Source: Oligoflexales bacterium (GTDB lineage: Bacteria > Bdellovibrionota_B > Oligoflexia > Oligoflexales > CAIYRB01). From it: a stretch of DNA of 63,047 nt. The notes below the pieces were generated by a model. It searched no databases. It had not been told where the DNA came from and saw nothing but the letters and a program-made list of their open reading frames with translations. A program made the translations under genes and the position numbers. Below are positions 28,785-38,763 of the stretch, piece after piece. Location: the NCBI GenBank assembly GCA_041736175.1, contig JBGSUI010000136.1, positions 1 to 63,047 of the forward strand, in the 5' to 3' direction. Position 1 is the first letter of the stretch. Each line of letters begins with the position of its first letter.

Positions 28785-29540
28785 TCAAGGATCTTTGGAA
28801 TCCCGGATATGGGCTGCCAAAGCGTTGGAGAAAGAACTGACCACAGCCCGCTGTTTAGCGTCAGGAAAGGGAATGTTAAAGATACTGACGCTCGGACTAT
28901 CAGCCCCCTTGGCTTGAATACCCGGCTGGTGCCAAATGGTCTTACCACTTGGAACCTGCTCAAGCTCAAGCATCAGGTCGCATTCCAGTAGAGTGACTTT
29001 GACCTTGTCCTGGTTGGTCAGGCGGGCAATCCTATCACTGGCGAAGCCCCCTACCACGCCCGGCTCGATCTTAAACTCCATGGTCATAAGAGCGTCGACT
29101 CCCAGTTCCTTACCTAAAGCCGCTCTCCTTTTGGGATCACTCAGGGCAGCTGCCGCTGTGCTAGGCTCCAGGAGTCCTGGGATAAGTATATAATGATCTT
29201 TATAACTGAACGCAGTGATCACCTTGCTTATTTTTTCTTTACGAAAGGACTTTAGACTAGGTGATGCAGCGACCTTTTTTAGCGCCAACACGTTCCAGCC
29301 CATCGACTTGGAAAGTTGTGCCTGCGCCACCCTATAAAGCTTTGGTCCGAAACTCTGGTCAGAGATCGCCTTGATGATCTTTGTCAGACTTTCCCCCTGT
29401 TCAGGAATCCGTCCCCTAAAACCGATGATGGCGACCCTCTTGACTTTTTTCATTTCGCCGGCGTCCATAGTCACACATGAAGACGACATCAGGAAAAAAA
29501 ATAGACACAAAAGGAATCGAAGAGTCGGGCGGCTGCTCAA
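28785..29540 (-). CDS. Hypothetical lipoprotein (CsgG/TolB-N-like fold possible)
   Basis: TTG 29540 after AAGGAG, hydrophobic stretch ending MSSSC, KRVAIIGF, LGKELGVDAL, GKTIW. Confidence 0.6.
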   Translation of the reverse strand: MSSRPTLRFLLCLFFFLMSSSCVTMDAGEMKKVKRVAIIGFRGRIPEQGESLTKIIKAISDQSFGPKLYRVAQAQLSKSMGWNVLALKKVAASPSLKSFRKEKISKVITAFSYKDHYILIPGLLEPSTAAAALSDPKRRAALGKELGVDALMTMEFKIEPGVVGGFASDRIARLTNQDKVKVTLLECDLMLELEQVPSGKTIWHQPGIQAKGADSPSVSIFNIPFPDAKQRAVVSSFSNALAAHIRDSKDP

Positions 29541-29559
29541 AAATGCTCCTTTTGCTCGT

Positions 29560-29970
29560 TTACACCGACTTACAGGCTTGGTCACACTCCAAACAGGCAT
29601 CGCGACAGTTTTTGCAAACTTCCATATGTTTAATATGGGGCTCGCAAATTTTCGCACATGAATTTAGGATCTCCGAGCAAACCTTTGTAAAACTGGGTAA
29701 ATGAGGTGAGTTTCGTGCGGCTAGCTTCTGAAGAGAATCACAAGCTGTCAGCATATCTTGGACTGACCCCAGGCAGTCAGCCATGGTTTTGTTACCCTTC
29801 GCCAGCTCCTGTTCGCAGTGAGCCAAGCATCTGAGTCCAGTGCTATGGCATTTAGCTGCAGTATCCATTATTTTGCTGAGTTTGCTAGGACTAGCAGCAT
29901 CACCAAAGGCTAAAGAAGAGATCCCTCCGATTCCTAAAGTCGCAGTCTGCAAAAGTGTTCGGCGGTTCAT
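29560..29970 (-). CDS. Tat-exported four-helix-bundle copper storage protein (Csp1/Csp2, DUF326)
   Basis: MNRRTLL Tat signal; periodic Cys (CLAHC, CAKIC, CKNCRDACLECDQAC). Confidence 0.88.
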   Translation of the reverse strand: MNRRTLLQTATLGIGGISSLAFGDAASPSKLSKIMDTAAKCHSTGLRCLAHCEQELAKGNKTMADCLGSVQDMLTACDSLQKLAARNSPHLPSFTKVCSEILNSCAKICEPHIKHMEVCKNCRDACLECDQACKSV

Positions 29971-30227
29971 AGGCAAATCCTTTCATTAAATCTCAAAGCC
30001 CACAATGCCTGTAGGAATGAAGTCTTTTAAGACAACTTCAGTAGGGCTTTTTATGGCACAAGAATTTCTTACGTTTCCGGTATACTAGAGGCAATCCCTA
30101 GAAAAGGTCAAATATTTTTTAACATCGAGAAAAACTGTTCTAACCTCTAATTTAAAAAAAGCCGCTATCTTCTGCCCACATAGGGAACAAATATCTCAGT
30201 AGGCTGTTGCTTCTTGCGCCTCATAAA

Positions 30228-31022
30228 TTATTTTTTAAGCTGGCATCGGCCCTTTCGACATTTGGCGATAAGCTTGCTGGCAGCCGACTCCTCCTCGCAG
30301 GGGGGCAATCGCCTTATGGATGCGGCCTCCCCATAGCTGGAGACTGACTGTCGATTGATAGCATCGACCTCACAAGGAGCCTTTACCACCACACAATCGC
30401 TATCGGCCTTACATAGTTTCCAGTGCCCCTCTTGGGCATTGTAGGTCTTTTTCCACTGAGCCTCGGCCATCTGGTACAGATACCCTCGTCCCATGGCTTC
30501 TTCATCCGTTAAAAAGCGCACCTCAATGCGTAGAGAAAGGGGGATCGTTGTCCCCATCATACGGGCGGGAAATTCAACCCCCTGCAGTTCGAGGATCGCC
30601 TGGGCGACACAGTCGGCAAAAATTTTGGTCGTCGTAATTTCAGAATAATCGATCTCTTGGGTCCTTCCAGTCACATCAAATTGGGTGTTTAAAGTAAATA
30701 TCCAGATCAGCTTCGACTGCTTTAAATCACTGTTTTCCAGTCGCTTTCGGCCCGCACACTTCTCGAGGCCGGATTCGATGGCCCTCAGGGGTGCTGCCAG
30801 GAGACGCTTTAATTGAGCGAGTTCCTCGGTATGATCGTCTTTTTGAACGTGATTCTGAATCGCGAACTTGTCGATTTTGACTTGAACAATCACTCCATAG
30901 GGATAGGCCCAAAGCCGCTGCTCATTTAAGACCTCCATACTCGTACTACTGAGGAATATGAGCGAGATAATCCAGCAACCAAAAACAATAAGTTTGTTTA
31001 TATTTTTTTTAATTTTTATCAA
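30228..31022 (-). CDS. Hypothetical exported protein with Cys-rich C-terminal domain
   Basis: N-terminal hydrophobic segment; CKADSDC...C...C...CRKGRC tail. Confidence 0.6.
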   Translation of the reverse strand: MIKIKKNINKLIVFGCWIISLIFLSSTSMEVLNEQRLWAYPYGVIVQVKIDKFAIQNHVQKDDHTEELAQLKRLLAAPLRAIESGLEKCAGRKRLENSDLKQSKLIWIFTLNTQFDVTGRTQEIDYSEITTTKIFADCVAQAILELQGVEFPARMMGTTIPLSLRIEVRFLTDEEAMGRGYLYQMAEAQWKKTYNAQEGHWKLCKADSDCVVVKAPCEVDAINRQSVSSYGEAASIRRLPPCEEESAASKLIAKCRKGRCQLKK

Positions 31023-31250
31023 TTTTATAGAAATCTTTATAAATGGATAGTAGGTATCCTTTGATCATACCCGAACACCAAAACTTCTTGAACTAAATGG
31101 ATATCTATTTGTTAACAGGAGCCAACTTGTGCTAGGATAAGAGAGACACCTAGTTTTCTCACCTACCGCATACACCAGCTATCAAATCTCTAATCTATCT
31201 CTTTGTTTACCCCCCTATAATCAAGTGTGGTTCCTTGGAGGATCTAACTC

Positions 31251-32096
31251 ATGGGCCTTAGGATCGCGACGAACGTAGCGTCGCTTACCTCTCAAAGGCA
31301 TCTCCGCCAAACGCGGGAACTGTTAGACCGTTCTCTCGAACGACTATCATCAGGTTACCGTATCAATAGAGCGGGCGATGATGCTGCAGGTCTAGCCATT
31401 TCGGAAAAACTCCGCGCCAAGGTGCGCGGCCTCCTCCAGGCCCAGCGCAACTCGTCTGATGGTATATCCCTGATCCAGGTGGCGGAAGGTGGACTCAACG
31501 AAGTTCAAAACATCTTAGTCAGGCTCAGAGAGCTTGGAGTCCAAGCAGCTAGTGATACGATTGGTCCCAAAGAAAGAAAGTATCTTGATCTAGAATACCA
31601 ATCCCTCAAAGACGAGATCGACCGGATCGCAAATTCTACAGAGTTTAACGGTACGTTCTTGCTTGATGGAACCGGCGGAAGCCTGGATTTTCAAGTTAAT
31701 ACCGGCGGTGAAAACCTCTTAGGTGTAGACAGGATATCATTTGATTTCTTTAAACTCGATGCCAACGCAGACAAGCTCGGGCTCGAAGAGATTATGGTCA
31801 CCACCAAAGAAAATGCCCAAAGATCTCTGGCCATCCTCGACCAAGCCATCGACGACGTTTCATCCACCCGAGCCGAACTCGGAGCTATCGAAAACCGTCT
31901 GACCTCTACGATTCGCAACCTCGCGATCTCTATCGAGAACCTATCCGCTGCCCGGTCCCGGATTAAAGATGTCGATATTGCCGATGAAACAGCAGAACTC
32001 ACCAAGTCACAGATCCTGATGCAGGCGGGAACCTCCGTACTCGTACAAGCTAACAGTGTTCCAAAACTCGCCCTATCCCTACTCCAAAACAATTAA
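31251..32096 (+). CDS. fliC: Flagellin (short, 281 aa)
   Basis: LRIATNVAS, ERLSSGYRINRAGDDAAGLAIS, RAELGAIENRL, SRIKDVDIA; GGAGG RBS. Confidence 0.97.
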   Translation: MGLRIATNVASLTSQRHLRQTRELLDRSLERLSSGYRINRAGDDAAGLAISEKLRAKVRGLLQAQRNSSDGISLIQVAEGGLNEVQNILVRLRELGVQAASDTIGPKERKYLDLEYQSLKDEIDRIANSTEFNGTFLLDGTGGSLDFQVNTGGENLLGVDRISFDFFKLDANADKLGLEEIMVTTKENAQRSLAILDQAIDDVSSTRAELGAIENRLTSTIRNLAISIENLSAARSRIKDVDIADETAELTKSQILMQAGTSVLVQANSVPKLALSLLQNN

Positions 32097-32103
32097 TTAT
32101 TGA

Positions 32104-33081
32104 TTAAATAGAATCGAATCCCCAAACAAAGAACTCCTCCCAATCAATTGGATTTTTTTGGACTTCCATGAGGGGATTAGGCCACAGCAGCCCTAGGTGA
32201 TGGGCGGTCACACTTTCAGCGAATTTCGAAAAACAGTCCCGAAACTCCCCAGTGAGACTTCCCGGTGCTAAGATCAAAAAATCATCGAATCTGCATGATT
32301 CTGCTAGTTTTAGCCCGATCAGTACCAACCTTGTTGGGGAAGTAGCACCCCATTCATGGAGGGTTTTAATCAGATCGCTACCGCGATTCATAAATCCATA
32401 CTCGATCTTTTCGCCTTTTTGGCTAAAAGCAACCATGGTGTTAGGGATCACTGAGAGGACTTTGTACTCGTCAAGGGTCCTATGCAGAGTTTGGGGCACG
32501 GCATAGCGATGATGTAACATTTTTTCTAAGATCGTAGCGTTTAGGGGTTGGTGTGATGTTGCAAAGACCGTCAAATCCTCATAGAACGAGTAGTCTTCTA
32601 GAGTCAGCTTGCTTAATAGAGCGGCCTTCACTTGGCTCACCTGAATCGTTATGCGCAATTCCTTGCCTACTTCTTTAAATCCAAGATTTTGGTAATATCT
32701 CTCTAAATCAGACCACAGCAGCATCCCCAAAGCACCTTCTAACTTTACTCTTGTTTGCATTGTTTTTAGCATTCGACCCATGATACCCCGGCCTTGGACC
32801 TTATCATCCGTGGCGACATTGCCCACAAGTGCTATGGTCCCGATTTTTTGTCCATCTCTTTTAATCACTGTCTTGGGCTGGTAGTTAAGATGAGCGAGCA
32901 GCTTTCCATGACCATCGTAGGTACAATGGCTACTAAAGGGTGCTCGGGGATCTAAAACCAGCGGATATTCTTTGGCTATGGGCAGAGATTGGGGAAATGG
33001 TCTTAAGAGTCTCATCAAGAGCTGATCCCGTTCCAGAAACTCCTGCGGGTTTTGCGGACATCTGATCTTATATTCAACCAT
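32104..33081 (-). CDS. GNAT-family N-acetyltransferase (Eis-like)
   Basis: VGNVAT...QGRGIM, LLWSD...YYQNLGF. Confidence 0.8.
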   Translation of the reverse strand: MVEYKIRCPQNPQEFLERDQLLMRLLRPFPQSLPIAKEYPLVLDPRAPFSSHCTYDGHGKLLAHLNYQPKTVIKRDGQKIGTIALVGNVATDDKVQGRGIMGRMLKTMQTRVKLEGALGMLLWSDLERYYQNLGFKEVGKELRITIQVSQVKAALLSKLTLEDYSFYEDLTVFATSHQPLNATILEKMLHHRYAVPQTLHRTLDEYKVLSVIPNTMVAFSQKGEKIEYGFMNRGSDLIKTLHEWGATSPTRLVLIGLKLAESCRFDDFLILAPGSLTGEFRDCFSKFAESVTAHHLGLLWPNPLMEVQKNPIDWEEFFVWGFDSI

Positions 33082-33156
33082 GATACACGCTCATTATTAT
33101 TGTTTTTACAGCAATGATATAGTTATAAGTGAGTTCAAAGCAAGCAAGGGGTTCCT

Positions 33157-34506
33157 ATGGGCATAAGAATGCCAGGAGTGACACAGTATGGGGCACTTGT
33201 CGATCAATTGATCCAGCTTGAAAAACAGCCTGTCGAAGTGGCTAAGCGGCGTAAAGACAAGGTCCTCGAAGAGAAAAAAGAAGTTGAAAAACTTCAAAAA
33301 TACTTAGTTGAACTTGACAGTGCCATGAGTAGCCTTAAAACCAAGGGCGATTTTTACAAGATGAAGGTCGAGTCTTCCCATCCCGATATTATCGAAGGGG
33401 TCGTCAACGGTTTTGCCCAACCGGGGTCCTATGAGTTTGAGGTTCGAGGTCTGGCTAAAAACGAAAAGGAACTCGCCTACGGGTTTCCTGATAAAGACAA
33501 AACTGAGGTCGGTTTTGGGTATATGACCATCGAAAGAGAAGATCAAGATGAACCATCCGAAGTGATTATTGAGCCAGGGGCCACTCTCCAAGATGTTGTC
33601 CAGCAGATTAACGAACTGGATATCGGCGTCCGCGCCCTCGTGATCAATACAAAATACTATCCTGAGAGTTACCGCCTGTTAGTAATCAGCGAGACAAGCG
33701 GCGCTGAAGCGAGGGTTAATATAGACGAAGATACGACTTTTATGGAATTCAAAGAACAAGTCACCGGACGCAATCTGGACGTGCTCTTTGAGGACGTCCC
33801 TGTCACCGATGAGGACAATACCCTTGATGAACTCCTGGAGAATGTTATTTTTTACTTGAAGCGTTCGGAGCCTGGAACCCGCATCCAAGTCAGCGTTGGT
33901 TACGATATTGATAAAACCCTTGCCGCTATCAAGACTTTTGTCGAAAAATACAACCAAGTCGTCACTTTTGCCGCAGAACAATCGAAAAATCCCTCCGAAG
34001 GAAAACCGGGGGCCCTGTCGGGAGATTCGTCAGTAAAGCAAGTGATGCGAGGACTCCAGCAATCACTTTTTCCAAACGGACAACTCACTGGAAAACATAC
34101 AACCCTGGCGGAAATTGGGATTACAACCAACCCCAAATCAGGGGAGCTGATGATGGATGAATCTAAAGTTAGAGCCGCACTGACCGAAAACTATGAAGGT
34201 GTCGCCAAGATCTTTATTCGATCAAAGTTTGGAGAAGGTGTGGGAGATCGTCTTGCCAATAAAATCAAAGGATACCGTGATCCTGAGGTTGGGGTGGTCA
34301 GAAGCCGCATCAGAGGACTGGACAAGGTCATCAAAAACCAAGATCAAGATATCGAACGACGCGAACGCCAGTTAGTCAGTAAAGAGGAGCAAATCAAACG
34401 AAGGTTTTCGGTGCTCGAAGGGCAGGTCAATAGTATGCAGGCCCAAAGCCAGTACCTCAAGTCTAAGTTTGGTCAACAAGACGGAGGGCCCCAGGGAGGG
34501 GGCTAA
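33157..34506 (+). CDS. fliD: Flagellar filament cap protein
   Basis: LVDQLIQLEKQP, N.LD.LL..V...LK, FVEKYN, LAEIGI, C-terminal coiled coil; precedes fliS. Confidence 0.9.
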   Translation: MGIRMPGVTQYGALVDQLIQLEKQPVEVAKRRKDKVLEEKKEVEKLQKYLVELDSAMSSLKTKGDFYKMKVESSHPDIIEGVVNGFAQPGSYEFEVRGLAKNEKELAYGFPDKDKTEVGFGYMTIEREDQDEPSEVIIEPGATLQDVVQQINELDIGVRALVINTKYYPESYRLLVISETSGAEARVNIDEDTTFMEFKEQVTGRNLDVLFEDVPVTDEDNTLDELLENVIFYLKRSEPGTRIQVSVGYDIDKTLAAIKTFVEKYNQVVTFAAEQSKNPSEGKPGALSGDSSVKQVMRGLQQSLFPNGQLTGKHTTLAEIGITTNPKSGELMMDESKVRAALTENYEGVAKIFIRSKFGEGVGDRLANKIKGYRDPEVGVVRSRIRGLDKVIKNQDQDIERRERQLVSKEEQIKRRFSVLEGQVNSMQAQSQYLKSKFGQQDGGPQGGG

Positions 34507-34525
34507 CAACCAAAGGATGGGAAAC

Positions 34526-35038
34526 ATGAATAACCCTTACAGCCAGTACCAGAAAACTCAGGTGACCACTGCCAGTCGCGAGCGCGTCTTACTGATGCTC
34601 TATGAAGGAGCCATTCGCTTTACAAAACAAGCCCAGTCAGCGTTGAAACAGAAAAAAATCGCCGAAAAGGGCAAATATATTAGTAAAGCCACCGCGATCG
34701 TTTCTGAGCTTATGGCAACCCTGGATTTTAAGTCGGGTGGTCAAATAGCAATCGATTTAGAAAACCTCTACGTTTTTATGATCGACAAGCTTATTGAGGG
34801 AAACATTAAAAACGATCCTGAAAGCCTCCAGGTCGTCGAACAGCTCCTTATGACTCTCTATGATGCCTGGAAGGATGTTATCGAAAATCCTCGGGCAGAT
34901 GGGGTCCCTTCCCAAAAGCTGCAACCAGACCTGTTTAAAGAATATGTTACCTCCCATGGCGAGCAAAAAAGTGCTCAACAGGACAAAATTTTAAAGCAGA
35001 ATTCAGTACCAAATAAATCCTTCAAGATGACTGCATAA
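34526..35038 (+). CDS. fliS: Flagellar export chaperone FliS
   Basis: YQKTQVTTAS..LLMLYEGAIRF, KATAIVSEL..TLD, LENLY, LYDAW. Confidence 0.93.
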   Translation: MNNPYSQYQKTQVTTASRERVLLMLYEGAIRFTKQAQSALKQKKIAEKGKYISKATAIVSELMATLDFKSGGQIAIDLENLYVFMIDKLIEGNIKNDPESLQVVEQLLMTLYDAWKDVIENPRADGVPSQKLQPDLFKEYVTSHGEQKSAQQDKILKQNSVPNKSFKMTA

Positions 35039-35065
35039 GTTAACCCCCCCAGTGTGTTTTAGGAG

Positions 35066-35095
35066 AATCAGCAAGATATGCTTGCTGATTTTTTT
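35066..35095 (+). terminator. Rho-independent terminator after fliS
   Basis: AATCAGCAAG-ATATG-CTTGCTGATT perfect 10-bp stem followed by a T run. Confidence 0.8.
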
Positions 35096-35197
35096 GTGTC
35101 CATGGGGTGTCAAAATAAACCCTTCCTGTCAAAATTCACCTAGAATAAACGACCCCATAGACTCAAAATATTAAGTTTGTGCAACATTTGATTTCTT

Positions 35198-35213
35198 CGG
35201 TATATCCCATGCT
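35198..35213 (+). promoter_or_regulatory. Candidate sigma54 (-24/-12) promoter for flgE
   Basis: CGGTATATCCCATGCT has GG-N10-GC spacing, about 90 nt upstream of the ATG. Confidence 0.5.
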
Positions 35214-35301
35214 AAGATTTTTAAAGAGCGAATCTCACTCCAGCTAAACTCAAATGTCCTTCACGCGCAACCGACCAGTCCTATAAAGGAGAATTTGGTC
35301 T

Positions 35302-36624
35302 ATGGCTATCAGTCAGGCACTTTACACTGGTGTAACTGGACTCTCAGTCAACTCCGACAGCATGGCCGTTATTGCCAACAACATCGCAAATGCCAATGCT
35401 AAGGGTTTTAAGAAAGACCGAGCGGAGTTCGAGGATATGCTGTCCATGGACCTTTCCACCGGAGCTGGAGGTGCCCAGATCGGACGTGGAGCGAGGCTTA
35501 AGGATGTCAGAACACTGCACACCCAGGGTGGTCTAGCCGTCACTGATAACCTGACTGATTTGGCAATCCAAGGGGTCGGATTTTTTGTCGTGAGCAATCC
35601 CAATACTGAAGTGCAGGAATCTGCGGGAAGATTTTACACGAGGGTCGGCTCATTTATCTTTGACAAAGATGGTTACCTTTCTGATTCCCAGGGTGGACAT
35701 GTCCAAGGCTATATGGCTAACGAGTTCAATATGATCTCGACTAGGCTGACGGATGTTAAAATCGAGACTAACTCGATCCCCCCCCAAAAAACCACGAGTC
35801 TCCTCCTTGATTTGAATCTCGATGCACGGCAAAAGATTATTCCTGAAGAATTTGATATTACAAAACCTGAACTCACCTCCAATTTTAACAATACTACGAC
35901 TATTTATGACAGCTATGGCGGAAGCCATCAAATGACCGTGTATTTTAAAAGACAGGAAGATAGCGAAGGGATTACCTGGAACTGGTATGCCACGGTCGAT
36001 AGCGTCGAAGTCACGGACGCAGAAGACGGAGCAAAGTTTAAGCAGATCGGAAACGGCACCGTAAGATTTGATGGTCTAGGGAATCTTCTCGAAGAAACCC
36101 AAGAAGCCTTCGAAGTAAACTTTGCAGGTGGTTCGGAACTAGGCCAGCAGATATCCATCGATTTTGGTAAAAACAAAAGTACCGAAGGGGGTAACGGGGT
36201 CGGTGCCTCCACTTCCATCGCTGCTAAAAGCGTTACCAATTTTCACAGCCAAAATGGTTATGAATCAGGAAATATAAAAACCTTACGAATCGACGTCGAC
36301 GGGGTGATCAAAGGCGTTTACACCAACGGAGTGATCAAGCCACTCGGTGCCCTTGCATTGGCAACTTTTGAAAATCAGGATGGACTATTTAAGGCAGGTC
36401 GCAACCAATTCTACTCCTCCATTGAATCAGGACCACCCAAAATTGGGATGGCCCAGTCAGGCACTAGGGGGTCTATTTATGCATCTTCCCTCGAAGAATC
36501 AAACGTTGACTTGGCCCAAGAGTTTGTCAACATGATCATGACCCAGCGGGGTTTTCAAGCCAACTCTAGGTCTATCACCACCACAGATTCCATGTATGAA
36601 GAAGTGATCAACCTCAAACGATAA
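35302..36624 (+). CDS. flgE: Flagellar hook protein
   Basis: VIANNIANAN..GFK, DLAIQGVGFF, YTRVGSF, IYDSYG, LEESNVDLAQEFVNMIMTQRGFQANS. Confidence 0.95.
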   Translation: MAISQALYTGVTGLSVNSDSMAVIANNIANANAKGFKKDRAEFEDMLSMDLSTGAGGAQIGRGARLKDVRTLHTQGGLAVTDNLTDLAIQGVGFFVVSNPNTEVQESAGRFYTRVGSFIFDKDGYLSDSQGGHVQGYMANEFNMISTRLTDVKIETNSIPPQKTTSLLLDLNLDARQKIIPEEFDITKPELTSNFNNTTTIYDSYGGSHQMTVYFKRQEDSEGITWNWYATVDSVEVTDAEDGAKFKQIGNGTVRFDGLGNLLEETQEAFEVNFAGGSELGQQISIDFGKNKSTEGGNGVGASTSIAAKSVTNFHSQNGYESGNIKTLRIDVDGVIKGVYTNGVIKPLGALALATFENQDGLFKAGRNQFYSSIESGPPKIGMAQSGTRGSIYASSLEESNVDLAQEFVNMIMTQRGFQANSRSITTTDSMYEEVINLKR

Positions 36625-36682
36625 TAGGTTAGACGCTGACTGAAATCTATCCTATGATAAGGCTCCATTTTAAGGAGTCTTT

Positions 36683-37969
36683 CTGTCCCTAGATGCTCAT
36701 CCTATCTTTCGCCGCCCCCCCAGCGATGACCCCATCATCGACGGACTCCGGGGGATCAGCATCCTGTTGATTATCCTCTTCCATAGCTTTTACGGGGTTT
36801 TGTTTTTACTTAAAAAATTTCCATCCATTCTAGATTTTCTCAACGAAATCCCATCTGTTTTTGCTTTTGTAACGGGAGCTGACAAGGCGGTGGATGTTTT
36901 TTTTGTGGTGAGCGCTTACCTATTAGGCTCCAGTGTCTTTAAAAAGATCGCAGCGACAGGTGAGTTTTCAAGGACCGATATCTTGCGGTTTTATATCAAA
37001 AGACTAGCTCGCATCTACCCACTCTTCCTGCTAGGTATTATCCTGTATGCTCCCATCAATCTCAAACAATCCATAAGAAATCTGCCTCTTAATTTGCTGT
37101 TTATAGATAATTTTAATTTTTCCTGCATCATCCCCGTTGGCTGGTCTCTCTCGATCGAGATGCAGTTTTACCTTATACTGCCTTGGATTGGACGCCTGCT
37201 TTTTCCACTGTCACACTTCAGGAAGATCTCAATTCTGACTGGCGTGTTTATTCTATCCTCTGTAAATAGCGTCCTCGTTTGTCTCATCTATCCTGAAATC
37301 TATTTGACTCATTTTTATAATTTTCACCCTGATTTTACCGATCCTACCACGATGATGGATCGTCTCTATTATCCTACCCACACAAGGTTTGGCCCGATTG
37401 TCCTAGGACTTTTATGGGCTATTTGCAAAGTAAACGACGATATTTCGTCATCTCTTCAAACCTATCTCGATGCCAATAAAAAATCCCAATGGGTTTTAAT
37501 CCTCTTTGGCGTCTTGCTGATGTACGGAATGTTTCATTTTCCGGTCTACCAACCAAATTCACTCTACTATGTCCACTTTTCGCCTTATCTCAATCTTTTT
37601 CTCCACAGCACCCATAGAAACCTATTTTGTTTAGGAATGCTGATGACGCTTTTACCCCTATCCTTTTGCAAATCCCCAGGCATTCCTGCGCGCTTTATCT
37701 TTAAATGTCTCGCAGTCAAGTGGCTAAGACCGTTTTCGCAGGTTGTTTTTCCTATCTACCTTTTTCATTTTCCAATGATCGCCCTGGCTGGCCTCATCGT
37801 CTTTAGGACCACAAACATCAAAAATATAGTCGCTCTTGATATCGGATCCGTCTTTAGCATTTTTGTGGTGGCCAGCCTCTTAAGCCTCCTCATGGGAATC
37901 CTACTCCATAGAGCTATCGAATTACCTATGATTAAGCGAGGATCCCTTTGGGCTGACCGGATTCGCTAG
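36683..37969 (+). CDS. Acyltransferase-3 (OafA-like) membrane O-acyltransferase
   Basis: IDGLRGISILLIILFH, VDVFFVVS, KRLARIYP, WSLSIEMQFY, IYLFH, IELP. The DGLRG motif lies upstream of the track start 36767; CTG 36683 follows AAGGAG by 5 nt. Confidence 0.85.
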   Translation: MSLDAHPIFRRPPSDDPIIDGLRGISILLIILFHSFYGVLFLLKKFPSILDFLNEIPSVFAFVTGADKAVDVFFVVSAYLLGSSVFKKIAATGEFSRTDILRFYIKRLARIYPLFLLGIILYAPINLKQSIRNLPLNLLFIDNFNFSCIIPVGWSLSIEMQFYLILPWIGRLLFPLSHFRKISILTGVFILSSVNSVLVCLIYPEIYLTHFYNFHPDFTDPTTMMDRLYYPTHTRFGPIVLGLLWAICKVNDDISSSLQTYLDANKKSQWVLILFGVLLMYGMFHFPVYQPNSLYYVHFSPYLNLFLHSTHRNLFCLGMLMTLLPLSFCKSPGIPARFIFKCLAVKWLRPFSQVVFPIYLFHFPMIALAGLIVFRTTNIKNIVALDIGSVFSIFVVASLLSLLMGILLHRAIELPMIKRGSLWADRIR

Positions 37970-38643
37970 TGCTTCTTTTTAACAAGGGCGACAAAGGCAC
38001 CAGCAACGGGCAGTTTCATCTTCCAGCGTGGAGTTCCCACGGGCAGATAGTTGGCCCTGGTGACCAAATTTTCCACCACAAGGGAAGATTTCAAAAACAG
38101 TTTTCCAAACAATTCCCGGTCAAGAAAATGCCCTCTTAGTCTTTGGTCATCAAAACGGGCAAGCCTCGCAACACTGGAAATGCCCCAAGGAGAAAAACGG
38201 TTAAAGGTGGCTATCAGCCCATGACCACCCTCTACAAGGAGCCTATCCATTTCTAAGATGACTGCCCTTGGATGTTCGCAAAACTCTAGGACATTAACAC
38301 ATAAAACCGCATCAAAGCTGAGGGCCTCAAAAGGCAGTTTGGTAGGATCTCCCTGTTGAAAAGTCCCATCCATTCCCCCGAGATTAAACCGCTGTCTGAT
38401 ATCAGCTAAGGCGGCCACTGACGTGTCCGTCGTGGTGACAGCCCACCCCTGTTTAGCAAATGCTTCGGGCAATAAACCTAGACCATAACCGATAATAAGG
38501 ATCCGGCGCCCCCGCAATGTCTGGAACCAGGATTCGCTTAGATACCAAATCTCGGGAAAATAGCGTTGTCTTATAACTGCTTTAACCGCTTTTTTGACGG
38601 CCTCGAAGCTATGGTTCCATAGATTTGTGACGGGAACAAGCAT
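37966..38643 (-). CDS. Class I SAM-dependent methyltransferase
   Basis: ILIIGYGLG, GDPTKLPFEALSFDAV, RLLVEGG. Confidence 0.85.
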   Translation of the reverse strand: MLVPVTNLWNHSFEAVKKAVKAVIRQRYFPEIWYLSESWFQTLRGRRILIIGYGLGLLPEAFAKQGWAVTTTDTSVAALADIRQRFNLGGMDGTFQQGDPTKLPFEALSFDAVLCVNVLEFCEHPRAVILEMDRLLVEGGHGLIATFNRFSPWGISSVARLARFDDQRLRGHFLDRELFGKLFLKSSLVVENLVTRANYLPVGTPRWKMKLPVAGAFVALVKKKH

Positions 38644-38763
38644 ATGGTTTCTATTATGCCTTTTGCCTCCTCCACAAGCAACTCTCCTGCCAAAAGATGA
38701 CTTTGACGGATGACTCCGCTAGCATAAACAAGGCCTCCACCAGGATCTTGGGTCATTTCAGAA

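Noticed and set aside
28740..28991. ORF with strong GGAGG RBS (MLRHFLYKRK...)
   Set aside because: Mostly antisense to a better-supported lipoprotein gene and no recognisable motif; at most a 5' remnant.
30054..30093. Sigma54-like motifs (TGGCACAAGAATTTC; GG-N10-GC) on the plus strand
   Set aside because: No plus-strand gene downstream; flanking genes are on the minus strand.
31090..31250. Sigma28 promoter for fliC
   Set aside because: No convincing TAAA-N15-GCCGATAA match.
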